In this document: one piece after another, positions 10,486-18,782 of the stretch
How positions within the stretch are numbered: position 1 is the stretch's first letter
Layout of the letters: each line of letters starts with the position of its first letter
Source: a virus
Lineage: Duplodnaviria > Heunggongvirae > Uroviricota > Caudoviricetes
Virus record (IMG/VR): IMGVR_UViG_3300020429_000539
Coordinates: 300,263 to 364,262 of that record
DNA: 64,000 nucleotides
Direction: 5' to 3' (one strand)
Program-made: the position numbers and the translations under genes
The notes under the pieces: generated by a model
Database searches by the model: none
What the model was told of the DNA's origin: nothing
What the model saw: only the letters and a program-made list of their open reading frames with translations

Positions 10486-10734
10486 ATGGGATTTTGGCAT
10501 TCAGCAATCATAGCAAACGCGGGGGCTCCACCTCCTACTGTTGCTCCTACTGTTGCTCCTACTTCGCCACCTTCGCCGCCTTTTGTACCTGGACCTGGAC
10601 CCGTTCCCTTTGCTCCTGGTCCTACTCCTGGTCCTGTTCCGGTGGCTTTTGGTGCGGGAGGAGTTGAGACTAGAACATTCACGCCAGATGTATTTGGAAC
10701 AAAGGAAGACAGTCACGGAATTGAGAATCTGTAG
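10486..10734 (+). CDS. Small Pro-rich protein (82 aa)
   Basis: Abuts the previous stop (TAA ATG). Contains PTVAPTVAP and PGP repeats and the 12-bp DNA repeat cctactgttgct. Confidence 0.6.
   Translation: MGFWHSAIIANAGAPPPTVAPTVAPTSPPSPPFVPGPGPVPFAPGPTPGPVPVAFGAGGVETRTFTPDVFGTKEDSHGIENL
10702..10734 (+). promoter_or_regulatory. Putative late promoter, AAGG-N19-GAATCTGTAG
   Basis: Matches the recurring motif and lies just upstream of the GAGG RBS and ATG at 10747. Confidence 0.5.
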
Positions 10735-10746
10735 TAGAGGTCTAAT

Positions 10747-11442
10747 ATGTCTTTACCTATAGAGTTTAATGACAGAACTGGAGAAACAATATACGCTAAT
10801 CTGTTTAGCGCAACAGATAGGCGTAAAGCTTTTAATCCGACCACATCAGACTTTGTGACTCTATCCGCAAGCAATGAGGCAGATGTGGCGATTATCTTAG
10901 AAGAAGATTCAGTTCGTGTTGGTCATTACAAGTATACTATTTCAACAGTTACTAATATACCTGCTACGAGCGATGGCTCTTTTTATCTTATAGAGGTTTA
11001 CAGGGCTTTGGGAACGTCTTTTGACCGCTCATCTGATACGCTTATGGGGACTCTAGCCTTCTATTGGGACGGAGAAAGCGAGGTTAATGTCTGTGGTTGC
11101 GAATCTGCTTCATCGCCTGCGCCAAGTCCAGGCAACTCGCTAACCGCCCAAGAAGTCTGGGAATACAGCCAGCGGACTTTGACTCAAGATATTCAAGCTC
11201 CCGATATCTATGTTGACATAGAGAATCCTGACTCTCTAACTGATATAGAGATACCTGAGTGTCCAGATAACTCAGAAGAGATTGAGGCTCTCAAAGCGAT
11301 AATCGAGCAACAGTTTCAGACCATTAATGCTTTGCTGGAAGAAATAAAAGCAAATCAGTCAAGAAGGATTGGTACGCCAACCACACAGACACCTCGCATC
11401 GGTCGCAGTTCGGGCGGCTCATCTGATATCCGTGTCACCTAA
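10747..11442 (+). CDS. Hypothetical virion protein with a C-terminal coiled coil (231 aa)
   Basis: GAGG RBS. Ig-like N-terminus, an AQEVWEYSQRTLT fibre-like motif and a heptad region. Confidence 0.55.
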   Translation: MSLPIEFNDRTGETIYANLFSATDRRKAFNPTTSDFVTLSASNEADVAIILEEDSVRVGHYKYTISTVTNIPATSDGSFYLIEVYRALGTSFDRSSDTLMGTLAFYWDGESEVNVCGCESASSPAPSPGNSLTAQEVWEYSQRTLTQDIQAPDIYVDIENPDSLTDIEIPECPDNSEEIEALKAIIEQQFQTINALLEEIKANQSRRIGTPTTQTPRIGRSSGGSSDIRVT

Positions 11443-11473
11443 AGGATAACGCTTGGTTCTTGAGAAAAGGTAG
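11442..11473 (+). promoter_or_regulatory. Putative late promoter, AAGG-N18-GAAAAGGTAG
   Basis: The motif fills the entire intergenic gap before ATG 11476. Confidence 0.55.
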
Positions 11474-11475
11474 TT

Positions 11476-12489
11476 ATGGTTCAAGCTATTGCAGATTATA
11501 GAGGCACTTTTGAACAAGGCGCAAGGACGACGCTGTTCTTGAAGATTACTGATTTTCAAGGCGACGCGGTTGACCCTTCGGCTATAGCTATTTCTATTGA
11601 GGACGCGGACGGCGACGAGGTAGACTCAGGCACGCCTGAAAAGATAACCGATGGTTTCTATATTTTTGATTGGAATATTGCAAACGATCAAACTGTAGGC
11701 GAATATACAGTTACCTGGACATACGATTTAGACAGTGATAATGTCACTACCGTCCAAAGCGTTATTGTCGCTGGCGACGGGGCGGTTGGCGCAGCATCTC
11801 AGTATTCTGATATGATTGCAGGTCTTAGAGCTTCGCTTGACATGCATCTTGGTTGTGCCCAGGCTATCCCTGTTCATGATGAGCAAGGTTCAATATGTGA
11901 TGACATGCAGACAGTTCGATTTACCTTTAACAAGTGGAATCAGAACAAGTTCACGAGAATATATCGCAATCAAAAAGAAGTAACTTCTGGCGTAACAATT
12001 AACTACTTCAAGGGCGAAGTCATTTTTGATGAACCGCTTACAGAGTTTGATACTGTCAACGGTAGTTACAACTTCAGATGGTTTAGCGATACGGAGCTAG
12101 ATAGATTCTTACAAAATGCTGTGCATATCCTCAACGTCTATCCTCCCGCGACTCGTGTATCTTTGCAGACGCTTGGCAATGGCGACAACCTCAAATACAT
12201 CCCTCTTGTTCTCTATGGGGCTGCGAAAGATGCTATTCGCGAACTCCTTATGTGTCTTCAGTTTCAGCAGCCGCAAGAAGTATTTGGTGGTCCCGACGCT
12301 GCGCGTCAGGCTTTTCAGAACCTTGAAACTCTAAAGAAGAACTATGAAGGCGATTTCAACCTTCTTCTAGAGCAAAAGAAGTATGGCTCGTATGTTGGGC
12401 TTACGAAAACTGTTGTTACGCCTGAATACACTTTGCCTGGCGGTCGTTCTCGCTGGTTCCGCTATCTTATGGGTGGTTTCTCTCTATAA
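11476..12489 (+). CDS. Putative neck/head-completion protein with an N-terminal BppU-like Ig domain (337 aa)
   Basis: The N-terminus TDFQGDAVDP...GFYIFDW...GEYTVTW is Ig-like. The helical C-terminus FSDTELDRFLQNA resembles head-tail adaptors. Confidence 0.5.
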   Translation: MVQAIADYRGTFEQGARTTLFLKITDFQGDAVDPSAIAISIEDADGDEVDSGTPEKITDGFYIFDWNIANDQTVGEYTVTWTYDLDSDNVTTVQSVIVAGDGAVGAASQYSDMIAGLRASLDMHLGCAQAIPVHDEQGSICDDMQTVRFTFNKWNQNKFTRIYRNQKEVTSGVTINYFKGEVIFDEPLTEFDTVNGSYNFRWFSDTELDRFLQNAVHILNVYPPATRVSLQTLGNGDNLKYIPLVLYGAAKDAIRELLMCLQFQQPQEVFGGPDAARQAFQNLETLKKNYEGDFNLLLEQKKYGSYVGLTKTVVTPEYTLPGGRSRWFRYLMGGFSL

Positions 12490-12516
12490 TGACGATACAC
12501 GTATGGAGGTAGTATT

Positions 12517-12819
12517 ATGCAAGAGAAGTTTCCCGAAATGGATTCGCAACAAAAGCAGAAGCTTTACAATGCAATCAAAGACGAGTCTGTATCGTTCGTA
12601 TTTTTTCCTAGTGTCGAACTAAGAGACAAGATTGCAAAAGGAAGCGATGAGCTTCTAAATCAGCTTCCTGAAGGTATGCCTGGTATCATACTAGGCTGCC
12701 CCCGTGACTCGGGTATTCGACTGGATGCCGACCTGGTTATGAAGGTTATTGAGGGCACCGTTGATGCAAAAAACGCGCATCTTCTTGCGCACGGAGATAT
12801 ACGGGTCATTGGTTTCTAA
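12517..12819 (+). CDS. Hypothetical protein (100 aa)
   Basis: Strong GGAGG RBS; no recognisable motif. Confidence 0.7.
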   Translation: MQEKFPEMDSQQKQKLYNAIKDESVSFVFFPSVELRDKIAKGSDELLNQLPEGMPGIILGCPRDSGIRLDADLVMKVIEGTVDAKNAHLLAHGDIRVIGF

Positions 12820-12892
12820 GCACTTCAATGTATCCTGTCTTGTGTCTAAATAAGCCTGTATTTACAGAGGTCTAAAAGGCAACCTATCAGTA

Positions 12893-13321
12893 ATGATAGT
12901 TGTTCCTTTTGGAGCGCACATGATGGATAAGAAAGTCTTTCAAAACTTTGAAGAGTTTGTGTCTCTAACGAGACCGCTTACGGTTGATCAGCGAAAAAAA
13001 CTGGTTGAATATCTGCCCAAGTCAGAAAAGCAAGCATTGCTAGAAACTTGGCAGTCACAGGGTTGGGAAGACTTATTTATACGCAACGAAATTGATCAAG
13101 TTGTTGACTTCATTCGAACTAGGTTCAATGAAGACATAATTTCATTGCGCATACAAGTCAAATCAGGCAATATCTGTAAGGTCAAACGCTCTTTTTGGGA
13201 CAGCGTATTGGTTATGTTTGAACCATACTCTGATGAGCAAAAACGGTATGTGTTGGAGGGCATAGAAACTGAAGACTTAGGACAAGAGTGGGTTCTTTTG
13301 GTTCCATCTAAACGGAGATAA
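12893..13321 (+). CDS. Hypothetical protein (true start probably ATG near 12920)
   Basis: GGAG lies upstream of ATGATG at about 12920. The sequence looks helical. Confidence 0.65.
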   Translation: MIVVPFGAHMMDKKVFQNFEEFVSLTRPLTVDQRKKLVEYLPKSEKQALLETWQSQGWEDLFIRNEIDQVVDFIRTRFNEDIISLRIQVKSGNICKVKRSFWDSVLVMFEPYSDEQKRYVLEGIETEDLGQEWVLLVPSKRR

Positions 13322-13329
13322 ATACTCTA

Positions 13330-14115
13330 ATGTCAAGAAAGCATAAAACGTCAAACGGTAGCACGGCTACAGGGGGCAACGCCATGAGCGGAAAAGAAAA
13401 GATAAAGATACCAGTTGTTACGGCTAAGAACGAGGGACAGAAGAAAGCTCTTCGTACAATTAGCGAGCATAAAGTATCTATCATTTCAGGTGTTCCCGGA
13501 ACAGGTAAGACCCATGTAGCGGTTGGTTGGGGTCTTCAAGAAATGCAGAAAGGAAGATTTGAGAAGCTAGTTCTTACTCGACCTGTTATGGAGGCAGGCG
13601 AGAATCTAGGATATTTGCCAGGCACCGCCGAGGATAAGATTGCTCCATACATGATGCCCATGTATGATATTTTGAACCAATACCTATCTCTTGAGCAAAT
13701 CAAGAAATATGAAGCTGAGAAGAAGCTAGTTATTATGCCTATAGCGTATATGCGAGGTATTACTTTTAACAATGCCTATGTTGTTGCTGATGAATGCCAA
13801 AATGCAACCATAAAACAGATGCATATGATTCTAACCCGTCTCGGAGAGGAATCAAAGATTGTTATGACAGGCGACGTTCATCAGAGCGATATTCGCTCTG
13901 GCCCTCTTGGTCGTGGTGTGGTTGTAAACGGTCTTGAAGATGCTATCAAGAGACTTGAAGACATTCAAGAAGTTGGTTATGTTGAACTTGGTTACGAATA
14001 CTGTGTTCGTGACCCACTAGTTAACCTAATCGATGAGAGATACCGTGACCCAAGTTCATACCCTCCAATTCGCCATCAAGCGAGGTCGGTAGACTGGGAA
14101 AGCTTTTCCTCCTAA
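13330..14115 (+). CDS. phoH: PhoH-family ATPase
   Basis: Motifs GVPGTGKT (Walker A), LVLTRP, LGYLPG, AYMRGITF, ADECQN and LTRLGEESKIVMTGD..QSD. Confidence 0.95.
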   Translation: MSRKHKTSNGSTATGGNAMSGKEKIKIPVVTAKNEGQKKALRTISEHKVSIISGVPGTGKTHVAVGWGLQEMQKGRFEKLVLTRPVMEAGENLGYLPGTAEDKIAPYMMPMYDILNQYLSLEQIKKYEAEKKLVIMPIAYMRGITFNNAYVVADECQNATIKQMHMILTRLGEESKIVMTGDVHQSDIRSGPLGRGVVVNGLEDAIKRLEDIQEVGYVELGYEYCVRDPLVNLIDERYRDPSSYPPIRHQARSVDWESFSS

Positions 14116-14132
14116 ATGTCGATATAGATAGA

Positions 14133-14164
14133 AAATAGACCCGTTCCAGCGAGCGGGTCTGTTT
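14133..14164 (+). terminator. Intrinsic terminator-like hairpin after phoH
   Basis: aaatagacccgttc-cagc-gagcgggtctgttt forms a 14-bp stem with two GU pairs and a 4-nt loop. Confidence 0.7.
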
Positions 14165-14185
14165 ATGTGAAAACATGAATAGAGC

Positions 14186-14219
14186 AAGGATTCTGTCTCA
14201 GTTCATAGAAAAGAATAAG
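14186..14219 (+). promoter_or_regulatory. Putative late promoter, AAGG-N18-GAAAAGAATAAG
   Basis: The motif lies directly after the terminator and upstream of the 897-aa gene. Confidence 0.6.
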
Positions 14220-14268
14220 CAGATAGATATTTGTATAGCAAATATTATAAACTAAATGGAGACAGCGG

Positions 14269-16962
14269 ATGAACTTCTTCCGAAAAATCATCAACTCGGT
14301 TGCTAAAAGACAAGTCATTGCAGATATGTATGACGAGCCCAGTCAACCGATGCAGCCAAGAGTAGTTGCGCCACAAATGCCTGCGCCTGAGACCGAAGTG
14401 CCACAAGACGTTCAGCCTGAGCAAGCTGTCCAGCCTAAGCCTACCTATACTCGTGATAAGAGTCGTCGTCAGCGTATGCAGCGTATGCGAGACATGGACC
14501 AAAGTCGAGGCATGGAAAAAGAAGAGGGCTATCTTGGTTATACAGCCAAGGAGTTTACAACTGTTCTTCCGATGATGATGGACAATCTCAAGATGTTCTT
14601 TACTCCTGGCATGAGTATTGCAGAAGTCTATGACCTGCATGAAATTAGTCCTGATTTTCAGAGTCTTTTTCCGGAAGAGTTTCTTGATGACTATTGGGCT
14701 CCATTACTTAACGAGGCTCTTATCCGTCTTGATAAACAGTCTTCTCAGCAGCAGCAAGAGCCGCAAGATGTTCCTTCGGTTGTAGAGCCGGGCGATGCTT
14801 CAAGGTTGCAGCAACCACAGCAGCTTAAGATATATGATGAAACTGAGATGAAGGCTTGGATTGAGACGAACATGGTCTCGTCTCGTGAAGTTCCTGCCGA
14901 GATTCGCGAAGTTCCCGAGAACTGGGCTATGTTTCAGCAGGTCTCGAAGGCTATCGAGATGGAGCGAGTCGATGCTGTCCGCTCAGAAGAGCAGAAGCGA
15001 GTTGAAGAAGAGATGGCAATGCTTCGGGGCAACTCTCCAACAGAGATTGCTGATGCTGTCATTAACCAGCTTATTATGTCAAATCCAGAATACATGAAGC
15101 AGCTAGCTAGCGACCCAAGATTCGGTAAGAACACTGATGACTGGACGCTTGACCTTGCTGACTATGTATTTAAAGGCGTTCCAGATGGCGTTAGTAATAC
15201 AGGAGCGAAAGATTTCCGTATTCGCTTCTTTTTAGAGCCCAAGGGAGGTCAAGGCGGGGGCAAGGTGAAGGAGGTCTCTGTTGACCAGTCCAATCTTGAC
15301 CTTGCTCCCCCTCATGTCCGTGAGTGGATGGAAGCTAACTATCCGACTTATAATCTTGACAGCAGCGATGTTTATAGGGCTTTATATGATAACTTCATTG
15401 AAGACCTCAGTTATCAGTTGTTAGAAATTATCGACCCCAATCAGGCTGTATACGATGAATATGGTGAGATTGATGAGGAAGGCAAAGCTCGCCAGCATGA
15501 CCGAATCTGGAACTTTATTGCACGCAAGCTGCAATCAAAGACCAAAGAGCGTCGCATGAAGGAGCGTGGCGAAGCCGAACAGCAGGGTACGGGCGAGGAA
15601 AGCGCACCGTCTCTTGAACAAACTATTGAACAAGAGCAGCCTAGGGCCGATGCCGCGAAGATGTCGGAAGAAGACCGTGTAAAATACATGGAGAGTATCT
15701 TTGGCAACCTTGCGAGCATGGGCGACATGGTTAAGGATTTGTCTCGCGAAGTTAGAGATCACATCTTTGATAAATATGGCATGGATGAGGTTGTAACTGC
15801 TCCGAATGGCAAGCAGTCAACAAACTCGGCTTTCTATGCTGCTATTGCTGCCGACGCCGCAGGCGACCTAGCAGCCAAGGCGCTGCACGGTTGGCACGAG
15901 CAGATTGGTAATCAGAGTCTATCGCCAGCCGAAATCAAAAAACTAACCGAAGGTAAGCCGGTTACAAGGCGTCCGAAGCGCCGTCCGGCTGATATGACTG
16001 ATGAGGAGTTTGCTGAACGCGCAAGACTCGGAAACTTGGTATTTGACCCAAGCGCTGAAAACGATTGGTCTTCTATAAACTGGTATAAACTTGTTCCCAA
16101 CTCATTAATGTATGAGCAGATGCAAGCCGCAAGGTCGGGCTCCCTAGAGCCAGACCCAGATGACCCAAACAGCTATCGCAATCTAATACCAAAGCTTAAT
16201 AGCTGGAGAGGCCGTGATTTTGAAAGCATGACAGGCGAGCTAAAAGACCAAAGTCTTTTTGGTTATGCTGCGCAAAGTATCGCGGAGACTGTGGAAGAGT
16301 TCGTGATGGACGAGGCTTTTAAGAAGTATCCCAAGAATGTTATCTTGGCTTTCTTAGATGCAAATAAAGCATATTCAGGTTTGCAGAGCGCGGCTCGCTA
16401 TACTGTATTCAACGAGCAAGGCGATAGAGACCGCCGAGAGTTGTTAACTCACATGCTGTCGGGCGAGGGGTATGAGATGCCCGAAGACAGCATGAAGCGG
16501 CTTAATCAGTATCTTGAGCAAAAAGGGCTTCAAGGCGCAGTAAATCCTGAGATTGTTAATACATTGCCTTCTGATGTCGTCAATCATATTGTGCAACCTG
16601 AAGTTGCGCGTCTCAAGAAACAAGATTTTGATCGTCGTGTAGGCATGGGGCTGTGGGACTCTGTTGCCAATATCTTGTCTCTACCGGGAGAGTATGATGA
16701 TGAGTCTCCTGTTGGAACTAAAGAACAGCGCGAAGAGTGGAATCGTATGAGAAGAGAGTATCTTGGAACCAAGGCTCCTCGCCGTCGTCGTGCATCTATC
16801 GCATACGAGATTATCAAGATTGCTCTTACTCGCCTCGAAGATTTGCAGCGGCTCAAGACAAGCATGTCGAAGTTTGCTGATACGAGCATGGTCGATGCTG
16901 ATATCGCTAGAACTAGGCTACAGGCCAAGATTGCTCTACGTATCTTGAAGGAAGAGTTATGA
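14269..16962 (+). CDS. Large acidic, helical, low-complexity protein; candidate internal head/ejection protein (897 aa)
   Basis: GGAG RBS. Q/E/P-rich disordered segments with basic termini. It has its own promoter inside the morphogenesis region. Confidence 0.5.
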   Translation: MNFFRKIINSVAKRQVIADMYDEPSQPMQPRVVAPQMPAPETEVPQDVQPEQAVQPKPTYTRDKSRRQRMQRMRDMDQSRGMEKEEGYLGYTAKEFTTVLPMMMDNLKMFFTPGMSIAEVYDLHEISPDFQSLFPEEFLDDYWAPLLNEALIRLDKQSSQQQQEPQDVPSVVEPGDASRLQQPQQLKIYDETEMKAWIETNMVSSREVPAEIREVPENWAMFQQVSKAIEMERVDAVRSEEQKRVEEEMAMLRGNSPTEIADAVINQLIMSNPEYMKQLASDPRFGKNTDDWTLDLADYVFKGVPDGVSNTGAKDFRIRFFLEPKGGQGGGKVKEVSVDQSNLDLAPPHVREWMEANYPTYNLDSSDVYRALYDNFIEDLSYQLLEIIDPNQAVYDEYGEIDEEGKARQHDRIWNFIARKLQSKTKERRMKERGEAEQQGTGEESAPSLEQTIEQEQPRADAAKMSEEDRVKYMESIFGNLASMGDMVKDLSREVRDHIFDKYGMDEVVTAPNGKQSTNSAFYAAIAADAAGDLAAKALHGWHEQIGNQSLSPAEIKKLTEGKPVTRRPKRRPADMTDEEFAERARLGNLVFDPSAENDWSSINWYKLVPNSLMYEQMQAARSGSLEPDPDDPNSYRNLIPKLNSWRGRDFESMTGELKDQSLFGYAAQSIAETVEEFVMDEAFKKYPKNVILAFLDANKAYSGLQSAARYTVFNEQGDRDRRELLTHMLSGEGYEMPEDSMKRLNQYLEQKGLQGAVNPEIVNTLPSDVVNHIVQPEVARLKKQDFDRRVGMGLWDSVANILSLPGEYDDESPVGTKEQREEWNRMRREYLGTKAPRRRRASIAYEIIKIALTRLEDLQRLKTSMSKFADTSMVDADIARTRLQAKIALRILKEEL

Positions 16963-17132
16963 ATGTTACCTGTGTTTGCGATAAATGCAGGCATCACGAA
17001 TCTGAGCCTGTTATAGAAATCAACTTTGCTGAGGGCAAGATATTTTGGTATTGTCCTGAATGCAAGAAGATGAACGAAATAGCTATAGAAGCAAAGCCGC
17101 AACCTTTGCCAAGGATAAGAACAAGACGATGA
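16959..17132 (+). CDS. Small zinc-ribbon protein (57 aa), not in the ORF track
   Basis: MNVTCVCDKCRHHESEPVIEINFAEGKIFWYCPECKKMNEIAIEAKPQPLPRIRTRR has two CxxC motifs. ATGA overlaps at both ends. Confidence 0.8.
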   Translation: MNVTCVCDKCRHHESEPVIEINFAEGKIFWYCPECKKMNEIAIEAKPQPLPRIRTRR

Positions 17133-17728
17133 CGTTTATTGTCAAAAATACGACGAGACACGAAATATCTCTAGGCGACCTTAGAGCAGCTATTCAGCCA
17201 GGCAAAACAGAGGACTTGGATAGGCTTGCCTCTAGGCATGTTATTGACCAGTCAAACGATTTGCGGATAGCCGTTCGTCGTGGCGCTCTAAAGGTTCTAA
17301 AAAAGGACGAGCCCGGCGCTCCTACAGCCTTGAGACAGCAAGCAATCGAAGTCCATAAAGAACAGACGAATGAAGAAGTTCTTAAGCAAATGCAAGAGAT
17401 GGAGAAGCGGCTGACTGCCAGAATGAATGCCCAAGTAAGCAAGCATCTTGATAGTCCGCAGGGTCAAGGAATGGACCCGGAAGCAATACAGCAGCTAAAC
17501 TCTGCAATACAGGCGTTGCAGAGCATTACAGGAGGCATAGTTCCTCAGCAACAGAAGACCGTTGCTGATAATGTAGAGACAGAAATTCCGGATGATACTT
17601 CTGTTGAAATACACAGTCGCACGATTGATAGGTTGACTAAGGGCTCTAAGGGTCAAATCAAGCAAGATAAAATCAAGGGTTCCTCAAACGTCGATAAGAA
17701 TATTGATGAACTTGAAGGTTTTCTATGA
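17129..17728 (+). CDS. Coiled-coil protein upstream of the actin-like gene; candidate adaptor (199 aa)
   Basis: The real start is ATG 17129 (ATGA overlap), not 17060. It has a small globular N-domain, a central coiled coil and an acidic amphipathic C-terminal helix (DKNIDELEGFL). Confidence 0.65.
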   Translation: MTFIVKNTTRHEISLGDLRAAIQPGKTEDLDRLASRHVIDQSNDLRIAVRRGALKVLKKDEPGAPTALRQQAIEVHKEQTNEEVLKQMQEMEKRLTARMNAQVSKHLDSPQGQGMDPEAIQQLNSAIQALQSITGGIVPQQQKTVADNVETEIPDDTSVEIHSRTIDRLTKGSKGQIKQDKIKGSSNVDKNIDELEGFL

Positions 17729-17736
17729 GGAGGTAG

Positions 17737-18774
17737 ATGATGAGCAGAGCAGTGGGAGTGGACTGTGGGACAATGTTTTTCCAAGTCGCAGAAAAAGATG
17801 GAGATGACCTTTCTTTCAAGGTGGTTCGCAATGCCTTCGTGGAGCTTCCTGCATCTGAGGATGCAGAGGATATTCTCTCGCGCAATGGATGGCAGTATGT
17901 CAAGGATGGTAACTCGTATTATGTCATCGGCGATGATGCAATGCAGGTTGCCAATATCTTTCCTGGCAAAGCCGAAGTAAGACGACCCTTGCAGGATGGC
18001 GTTCTCAATAAGAACGAAGACAAAAAGTTGCTTGTGCTTGCTGAGATTATTCGACAAGCTGTTGGAGAAGGCGATGGCGACAACTCATGGGTATGCACTT
18101 GTGTATCGTCGGCGTCTGTTGATGGCTCTGCTGACAGCGTATTTCATAGGCAGCGGTTAGAAGCGTTATTCAAAAGGCTTGGTTGGAATGTCAAAATCCT
18201 TGAAGAGGGCCATGCGGTTATTCTGTCGGAACGACCAGTGGTTGTGGAAGATGGCGAAGAGATTGCCTATAGCGGCATAGGCGTAAGCTTCGGCGCTGGA
18301 CGAGCAAACTGTGTTCTAGCTTATCGCGGCCTTCCTGTCATCGGAATGAGTGTCGCCAGGAGCGGTGATTGGGTAGATAAAATGGTTTCTGAGCAGACAG
18401 GCGTTCCATTGTCTCAAGTCATTGCCACCAAGGAAAAGAAGCTAGATTTCGAGAATATAGACTTTGATGATGATGTTCAGTTTGCTCTAGATGCGTATTA
18501 TGACCAGCTTATTCGCCATGTATTTACGCATTTTGGCAAGAAGTTTTCTTCAGAAAAAAGCCAGTTCAATGCGCCGCTTGATATTGTAGTTGCAGGCGGA
18601 ACCTCGATGCCCAATGGTTTTACCAAGAAGGTTGAAAAGGTAGTCAGAGGGCTTGACCTTCCTTTTGAAATTAAGGAGGTTAGAGGGGCCGCGAGTCCGC
18701 GAACTGCTGTTGTAGAGGGTTTATATGCGTCCGCTGTAGTCGCACAGAAAAAGGCCGCTAAAGAGACTGATTGA
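17737..18774 (+). CDS. Actin-like ATPase (MreB/ParM/FtsA superfamily)
   Basis: Phosphate-1 VGVDCGT, connect-1 ILEEGHAV, phosphate-2 GVSFGAG and adenosine VVAGGTS motifs. GAGGAGG RBS; the start may be 17740. Confidence 0.88.
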   Translation: MMSRAVGVDCGTMFFQVAEKDGDDLSFKVVRNAFVELPASEDAEDILSRNGWQYVKDGNSYYVIGDDAMQVANIFPGKAEVRRPLQDGVLNKNEDKKLLVLAEIIRQAVGEGDGDNSWVCTCVSSASVDGSADSVFHRQRLEALFKRLGWNVKILEEGHAVILSERPVVVEDGEEIAYSGIGVSFGAGRANCVLAYRGLPVIGMSVARSGDWVDKMVSEQTGVPLSQVIATKEKKLDFENIDFDDDVQFALDAYYDQLIRHVFTHFGKKFSSEKSQFNAPLDIVVAGGTSMPNGFTKKVEKVVRGLDLPFEIKEVRGAASPRTAVVEGLYASAVVAQKKAAKETD

Positions 18775-18782
18775 GAGAGTAA

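Noticed and set aside
12485-12497. TATAAT / TGACGATA upstream of 12517 (a similar TGACGATA occurs at 21740)
   Set aside because: It overlaps stop codons and has no matching -35 box; two instances are too few to call a motif.
17060-17128. ORF-track N-terminal extensions at 17060, 21702, 25924 and 40416
   Set aside because: Better starts with an RBS or translational coupling exist at 17129, 21768, 25978 and 40449. The 17060 extension overlaps the Zn-ribbon gene.
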